From assembly GCA_947624185.1 (NCBI GenBank), contig CANQJG010000001.1, forward strand, positions 1 through 60,497: a stretch of DNA of 60,497 bases. Direction: 5' to 3'. This DNA is from an uncultured Clostridia bacterium. Lineage in GTDB: Bacteria; Bacillota; Clostridia; TANB77; CAG-508. A program made the position numbers and the translations under genes. This document shows positions 55,002 through 60,497 of this stretch, piece after piece (position 1 is the first letter of the stretch; every line of letters begins with the position of its first letter). The notes beneath the pieces are model-generated. The model was not told the DNA's origin and made no database searches. It saw only the letters and a program-made list of their open reading frames with translations.

Positions 55002-58000
55002 TTATCTGTTAAGTAATTTATATATTACATAACCTGCTAATGTCATTGCTGTTACTATGCATACTGATATGGTTATAATTAATATTGTATTTTTTACAGT
55101 ATTATCTTTTATAACTATATCTGCTACTTTTACATTTATTTTTGCTAAGTCTGTTATATTTGTTTTTGCACCATATTGATTGTATACTTCTCTTAGCTCT
55201 GAAGTAGTATGTATTAAATCAACATCTTCTGAAGTTATATCCTTTACTAATATTAATTTAATATCTTGTGACTCATTAGGTCTAAGCTTTGTATTTGCCA
55301 TACTTGTATTTATGGCATCTCCATTAGCATCTATATACCAATCTGCATTTAGTTCAGATATAAATTTCATTCCTTTTGGTATATAGCTTGCAATATTTGT
55401 TGCATATCCTTCTACATTACCTTCATTTTTTATTGTTATAAGGTATTCTATTACTAATGTGATATTTTGTTTTTTATTTAATTGTAGAGTAGCATTGTCA
55501 GCATTGAAATCATAGACTTTTGTATCTTTTCCATTTATTACACTTATTTTTGATATTTTTTCTTCTAATTCTAGATTAAATTTTTCTATGTCTTTTAATC
55601 CTAAATCTATATTGTAAATATTTCCACCGTCTATTGTAATCACATTTGTGGTTGCTTTTTCGTTAGATTCTATAAAATCTGAGTCTTCATTTGGTGTTAA
55701 ATCTTTTTCTTGATAATTCGAAATCTCATAGTTTGCTGTATCATAGTTTGCTATAACTATATATTGTCCTTTTGCTAAGTTTTCGAATTTATATTCTCCA
55801 TTATCATTTGTATATACTTCTATGTCTTTTCCATTCATATCTTTTACTATTGAATTTGTTGCAACATCATAAAGTGTTACTGATACTTTTGATATTCCAA
55901 CTTCATCATCATCTTGTTTTGAATTAGAATTTTTGTCATACCATATTTTACCTGAAATAGAATTAATATTTTCCTGTTCTTCTAGAGTTTCATCTGTGAT
56001 GTTTGTGTTAAAATTAGATGTTCCTTCTATTTGATGTTTTAGTGCATTAATATTTAATTCCATACCGTTAACAGTAACTGATGCTTGATTTTCTGTTTCC
56101 TTAATTTGACCAACGCTATCTAATATATATGGTTTTGCAATTACTGTTACTCTTAATGTTTCTCCTGGATTTACATCTTCAGTTACTAGTACGGATGATG
56201 CAGGATTTTCTTCTGTATATCCAATAACTCCATTTTTGACGGTGTAACTAATTAGTTGTAGTTCATTTGGTAATTCATCTGTAATGCTTATATTTGCTGT
56301 CTTTTTAGAGTCATTTTTTACATTTATATAATATTCTATTGTATCAGTATCTAACATTTTATTAGATATGTTACTACTCATTGTTGCTGAGAAACCTTTT
56401 GTGTCCATTACTGTATTTATATATTTATTAGATTTTATTTCCTTCTCTGCACCGTCAAAAGTAGCTGTTGCTGATAATTCTATTGCTTGGTTTGGTTCAT
56501 CACTATAAGTTACTCTTGCATTTAATAAGAACTCTTTATGACTTTCTATGCTATCTATATTATAAGTTAAAATACCTGTTTTTTCATCAAAACTTCCACC
56601 TTCGCAATTAGTTATTTCTAGATATTTTGGTATATTAACTTTTACAGTAACATTGTTTAGATTTTCATGATTGTTATTGTCAAGTATTACATAATAACAC
56701 AAATCTTCATTAATAAGTACATCTTCGTTATATAGCATATTACTTAGTCTTAATTCTAGTGTTCCTTCTGTTATTGTATTTTCAAATGAAGCACTTGAAT
56801 TTTCTAACATATTTTCTGCCGAAATCTCTGTTCTAATTATGTATATATCATTTACATTTGCCCATGAATATACTTCTACACTTATTTCTATATCCTTTGT
56901 TTCTCCCGCTTCAATCCTATCTATTGTTTGTGATAATTCATTAGAATAATCATAATATCTTTCCATTCCACTATCTTTATGATATTTTACTAGATAAAAT
57001 TCTGTATTATTGTTATCATCTTGTTTGTTAATTTTAACTGTTACATTCTCTGCTGCCTTTTTACCTGTATTAGCCACATGGATAATGTATTTAACAATTT
57101 TTCCAGCATTTACTGTGTCTCCATTATTTATTTGTTCTTTGTTGTAATAGTTTTCTGCTGTAATAGTTGTCTTTATTATTGGAATATTTTCTGTTGCTAT
57201 GCTTAATAATTTTGCCATGACAACATTTTTGCTTATTCCTTCTTCTGATTTATTATCATAATAAACTGAGTATGTTGAAATTGCTTGTTTTTCATAATCA
57301 ATATTTCTTGGAACATTTATGTCATAATTGAATGTTACTTTTTGAGCTGGCTCTATATTTGTTTTTGCTACTATCATGTAAGATTTTACATTTTCATTTA
57401 TTGCTGTAGTCCAGCCATTATCAGGATCAGATAATTCATATCCTGCATTTCCATTGCTTGAATAATATACATCTGCATCAATTCCGTTTACTGATATGGC
57501 ACTCGCAAGAGTGGTCGTGAATGTTGAGTTTATTTTTTCGCTACTTGAATTTGTCAATGTAGTTTCTTCAGCTGGTACTCTTCCTAATATCATTAAGCCT
57601 GATGTTGATTCTTGTAAATTGCTTACAATTGTACCGCCTAATTTAATTCTCTTTTCTATATCATTTGCTGCAATCTGCATTGTAGCATCTTCACTAATAG
57701 CTGTTACTATTTGACTAATTGCTCCTTGATTTGCTGTTACAAATCCTGTTGGTGCAATTATATTTACTGGAGTTTGTGTTGATTTTAGCTCATTTCTTGC
57801 TTTGTTAATATATTGTAATTTAATATTTTCATTAGAACTTACAGCAAAATTATTTAATGATAAATCTGCAACAATTCTTATAATTGAACCTTTTGTGTTT
57901 GGTATATTGTTATATTGTGTTTGTGTTCCTTGTAATTTTAAATATATTTGTTTTCCAATCATTTTAAAATCAATTGGTTTTAGCTCATTTTCATATATTA

Positions 58001-59636
58001 ATTTTGCATCTTTTAAATTTACTTCAGATATTTGTTCAGGTAATGTTATCAATATTTCTGGATCTGCGTATAATGCATCACTGATATCATCTTTTTCTAA
58101 TGTTGCTGTTATAACTACATTTTCATTTTTAACTATTGTTGATAGATTTTCTTTACTTATGCTAATTGTAGCTTTTGATTCTGGTTCTATTAAATTAATA
58201 TTTTTTTGTATACGATTAGCTAGAATTTCTTGTCCTTGATATAATATATGTGCTTCAACACTATTTTCAATTGTTGCTACTCCTGCAAGAGATTGTTTAG
58301 TATAAGTTAAATTTGGATTTACAACTTTATCTAATGCAATGTTTATGTTTCCTTCTTGTACTGGTTTACTAACAATAAATTTAAGTCCATAATGATTTAC
58401 TTCCAATTGCAAATTATCTTTATTCAAATTTCCTAATTCTGTGTCATTGCTGTCTAATACTCTTATTGTTCCTTCTTCTCCAAGCATTTTTATTAATTCA
58501 TCTTTGTCAACTGTGATTTTTCTATTCAATGTTAAATAATTGCTTGCATCTTCTCTTATTTGAATTTCATCTACAAATTCTGCTAATCCAATGTTTATCT
58601 GATATCCTGATTTGTAAGGGGTTTCCAATTTATTTTCAGTTCTATTTAAATTGGTGTACATATATCCTTTGTTTATACCGTTGTCCCCAACCATATTTAC
58701 ATCTACTAAATTTCCAACTGTGTTTTGAACATTGTAAACAAGTTTATCAGTTCTTGCTTGTATCTCTTTTCCTGAAACTGTTTTTGCTAACATAACTGAT
58801 ATTGTTTCTATACTTGTTTGATCTGTATTTGTGTCATATATATAAGTTACTATACATTCATCATTAGAATTCCATTGAATTTTGTCATCTTGTGTATATT
58901 TTTTATTTAATACTGTTACTTGATTTTGATATGTATAACTTAGATTTTCGCCTGAAGCAATTACCTTACTTGGCTCTTGTCCATTTATCATAGGTGCTAA
59001 CATTTGAACTGTTTTTTCACTAATTGGAAATTTGTTATCTTGAACTCCTGTATTTACTTTAAAACTTATCAATGTTTTATTTCCATATTTTAAGTATCTT
59101 GTTAATTCTTGAGAAATGCTTGCTTGTACATCCATATCCCATTTTAAATGCTCATTAATTGTTTTTGATATTTTCTCTTCTTTTCCATTTTCATTTATAT
59201 AAGTCGCATCAAGCTTTATAGTGCTATCTTTATCAAAATAGTCATTATCCATTATATCTTTCTTTTCAAACTCTATTGGGATAGAGTAATTTACTGGTTG
59301 ATCACTATTCACCTGACCTAGCTTAATTTTATTGTCTTTTATATTAACATCATCGTCTATTTTATAATTATTATTTTCAATTGTGATTGTTCCTTCTTTT
59401 ATGTAACCTTCATTTTTAATAGCTAAATCAATGTCTAAATTAAGCTTTTCATCAATATTTGCTACATCAGTATCATTGTTGATTGTTGCATTAAATATTA
59501 TGTTACTCTCTTCGTTTAACATAGCAATTTCATTTGCAGCATAACTAACAACAGGTATAAAGTTGGATCCAACTAATACTATTGCTGTGAATGTTGATGT
59601 GAATTTTGCTGTGATTTTACTTAGATACTTATGCAT
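55002..59636 (-). CDS. A-type giant DUF11-repeat surface protein, paralog 1 (1544 aa), C-terminal TM anchor
   Basis: Signal peptide ...NFIPVVSYA. FNATINND, INKGYMYTNL and DUF11-like GKIVKYIIHVANTGKKAAENVTVKI. SdrD-B-like ISGKIWYDKNSNSKQDDDEVGISKVSVTLYD. Ends in TILIITISVCIVTAMTLAGYVIYKLLNR with no xTG motif. Confidence 0.85.
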   Translation of the reverse strand: MHKYLSKITAKFTSTFTAIVLVGSNFIPVVSYAANEIAMLNEESNIIFNATINNDTDVANIDEKLNLDIDLAIKNEGYIKEGTITIENNNYKIDDDVNIKDNKIKLGQVNSDQPVNYSIPIEFEKKDIMDNDYFDKDSTIKLDATYINENGKEEKISKTINEHLKWDMDVQASISQELTRYLKYGNKTLISFKVNTGVQDNKFPISEKTVQMLAPMINGQEPSKVIASGENLSYTYQNQVTVLNKKYTQDDKIQWNSNDECIVTYIYDTNTDQTSIETISVMLAKTVSGKEIQARTDKLVYNVQNTVGNLVDVNMVGDNGINKGYMYTNLNRTENKLETPYKSGYQINIGLAEFVDEIQIREDASNYLTLNRKITVDKDELIKMLGEEGTIRVLDSNDTELGNLNKDNLQLEVNHYGLKFIVSKPVQEGNINIALDKVVNPNLTYTKQSLAGVATIENSVEAHILYQGQEILANRIQKNINLIEPESKATISISKENLSTIVKNENVVITATLEKDDISDALYADPEILITLPEQISEVNLKDAKLIYENELKPIDFKMIGKQIYLKLQGTQTQYNNIPNTKGSIIRIVADLSLNNFAVSSNENIKLQYINKARNELKSTQTPVNIIAPTGFVTANQGAISQIVTAISEDATMQIAANDIEKRIKLGGTIVSNLQESTSGLMILGRVPAEETTLTNSSSEKINSTFTTTLASAISVNGIDADVYYSSNGNAGYELSDPDNGWTTAINENVKSYMIVAKTNIEPAQKVTFNYDINVPRNIDYEKQAISTYSVYYDNKSEEGISKNVVMAKLLSIATENIPIIKTTITAENYYNKEQINNGDTVNAGKIVKYIIHVANTGKKAAENVTVKINKQDDNNNTEFYLVKYHKDSGMERYYDYSNELSQTIDRIEAGETKDIEISVEVYSWANVNDIYIIRTEISAENMLENSSASFENTITEGTLELRLSNMLYNEDVLINEDLCYYVILDNNNHENLNNVTVKVNIPKYLEITNCEGGSFDEKTGILTYNIDSIESHKEFLLNARVTYSDEPNQAIELSATATFDGAEKEIKSNKYINTVMDTKGFSATMSSNISNKMLDTDTIEYYINVKNDSKKTANISITDELPNELQLISYTVKNGVIGYTEENPASSVLVTEDVNPGETLRVTVIAKPYILDSVGQIKETENQASVTVNGMELNINALKHQIEGTSNFNTNITDETLEEQENINSISGKIWYDKNSNSKQDDDEVGISKVSVTLYDVATNSIVKDMNGKDIEVYTNDNGEYKFENLAKGQYIVIANYDTANYEISNYQEKDLTPNEDSDFIESNEKATTNVITIDGGNIYNIDLGLKDIEKFNLELEEKISKISVINGKDTKVYDFNADNATLQLNKKQNITLVIEYLITIKNEGNVEGYATNIASYIPKGMKFISELNADWYIDANGDAINTSMANTKLRPNESQDIKLILVKDITSEDVDLIHTTSELREVYNQYGAKTNITDLAKINVKVADIVIKDNTVKNTILIITISVCIVTAMTLAGYVIYKLLNR

Positions 59637-59698
59637 TTCTCTTCCTTTCTTTTTATGTAATTTAGCTATTTATTTTTTTATGCTATTTAATCATACTA

Positions 59699-59727
59699 AT
59701 ACTAAAACAGAAAGAAAATTTTTTCAA
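59699..59727 (-). promoter_or_regulatory. candidate sigma-A promoter of the A1-B1 unit (TTGAAA-17-TAGTAT)
   Basis: Minus strand: TTGAAA (59722-59727), 17-nt spacer, TAGTAT (59699-59704), about 60 nt upstream of ATG 59636. Confidence 0.3.
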
Positions 59728-59753
59728 TAAGTACTTTTTTTAATTTTCTCTTA

Positions 59754-59775
59754 TGCCTTTACGGAAGGCATTTTT
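59754..59775 (+). promoter_or_regulatory. conserved stem-loop TGCCTT-TACGG-AAGGCA + T5 (terminator-like on the plus strand), copy 2
   Basis: Read directly. Shares ACGGAAGG and the T5 run with 31632-31651. An alternative pairing GAAGGC (59764-69) / GCCTTC (59777-82) is possible. Confidence 0.4.
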
Positions 59776-59952
59776 AGCCTTCTAATATTAAATTTATATT
59801 ACAAAATAATTGCAAAATGGCTTGTTATATGCGTTTTTCGACGTTCAAATTATTACTTGCGTAAGCTTTTTATTGTAACATTAGTTCTATATTTTTAGTA
59901 ACTTTTTTTAATTTGATTCATATAATATTATAGTTACATTTAGGAGGTAGGC

Positions 59953-60497
59953 ATGAACGATAATGATATGAACGAAATGTTTAAAAAGGCTCAGTTTATG
60001 ATACAGAATAATCAGATTCCTGAAGACATCCAAAAACTAATCAGCACTTATGCTAACAATAACAACAGTAACAATAATAACAATAACAATTATAATAATA
60101 ACAACAATAGTAACAATAACAATTATAATAATAGTAACAATAGCAACAACAGTAATAATAACAATAACTACAACAACAATAATAACCGTAATAGTAACAG
60201 TCATAGTAATAGCATAAATAACAGTAATAATAATATAAATAATAATCGTAATATAAGCCACAGTAATTATAATAATAAAAGTAATTACAACAATACTAAC
60301 CCAAATAATAGTAACTTGAACAATAATAACTTAAATAATAATTTTAATAATAATTCTAACAATCATTTTAACAATAACAATTCAAATAATAATAACTCAA
60401 ACAATAACCCTGGCATAGACATGGAAACATTAATGAAAATTCAAAACATCATGTCTAAAATGAAAAATAGCGAAAATGATGATATGAGTAAATTACT
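59953..60497 (+). CDS. hypothetical protein with an extreme Asn-rich low-complexity tract; 3' end outside the window
   Basis: Not in the ORF track because no stop lies within the window. SD AGGAGG 5 nt before ATG 59953. Hand translation is open to the window end: MNDNDMNEMFKKAQFMIQNNQIPEDIQKLISTYA-(about 117 residues, mostly N/S/Y)-PGIDMETLMKIQNIMSKMKNSENDDMSKLL. Confidence 0.7.
   Translation, partial: MNDNDMNEMFKKAQFMIQNNQIPEDIQKLISTYANNNNSNNNNNNNYNNNNNSNNNNYNNSNNSNNSNNNNNYNNNNNRNSNSHSNSINNSNNNINNNRNISHSNYNNKSNYNNTNPNNSNLNNNNLNNNFNNNSNNHFNNNNSNNNNSNNNPGIDMETLMKIQNIMSKMKNSENDDMSKL

Noticed and set aside
59637-59952. c-di-GMP or other riboswitch in the leader of the adhesin operons (also 31522-31700)
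   Set aside because: The predicted leaders are short (about 40-60 nt) and I could not recognise GEMM-type conserved cores by eye. This cannot be excluded without a covariance-model search.
60037-60261. 74-aa minus-strand ORF made of I/V/T
   Set aside because: It is the reverse-complement reading of the AAT/AAC-rich Asn tract. The plus-strand gene has an SD, an ATG and normal flanking sequence.

Overview
AT-rich (by eye about 25-30% G+C) chromosomal segment of a spore-forming Firmicute, Clostridia-like, standard genetic code. I recognise 30 protein-coding genes, all but five on the minus strand. The backbone is a housekeeping and sporulation set of the kind found near the origin in Bacillus: yhbY, an SDR, mscL, NUDIX, ferredoxin, ricT/yaaT, holB, lepB, a PAS histidine kinase with an OmpR-type regulator, cwlD, an AI-2E permease, xth, a yabE-like G5 hydrolase, tatD/yabD, acpS and spoIIE. 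An mqsRA-like toxin-antitoxin pair sits at the left edge. About 37 kb (about 60%) of the window is six giant ORFs. These are a 2724-aa cyclic beta-1,2-glucan synthase-like enzyme (8659-16833), a 2874-aa SpaA/Cna-B/DUF11 adhesin (22897-31521), and a four-gene cluster (38878-59636). The cluster is a tandem duplication of a two-gene module: an A-type DUF11-repeat protein with a C-terminal membrane anchor, followed by a B-type LPXTG-like adhesin with an N-terminal Cys/Gln thioester-like domain. This A1-B1-A2-B2 cluster has no sortase, small pilin or regulator nearby, and it is my best candidate for an undescribed system. Noncoding observations: (1) a GC-rich ~170-nt structured element upstream of spoIIE, part of which recurs inverted 5.6 kb away so that the two copies bracket spoIIE and two other genes; (2) a conserved stem-loop with a compensatory base-pair change upstream of both adhesin transcription units; (3) a candidate cis-antisense RNA over the 5' end of the 2874-aa adhesin gene; (4) iteron-like repeats upstream of xth; (5) a duplicated gene 3' end next to an orphan gene. 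holB carries a 1-nt frameshift in its P-loop. I recognised no rRNA, tRNA, CRISPR array, transposase or integrase. Motif coordinates were counted by hand. No similarity searches or RNA folding were run, so family calls rest on sequence motifs I recognise.
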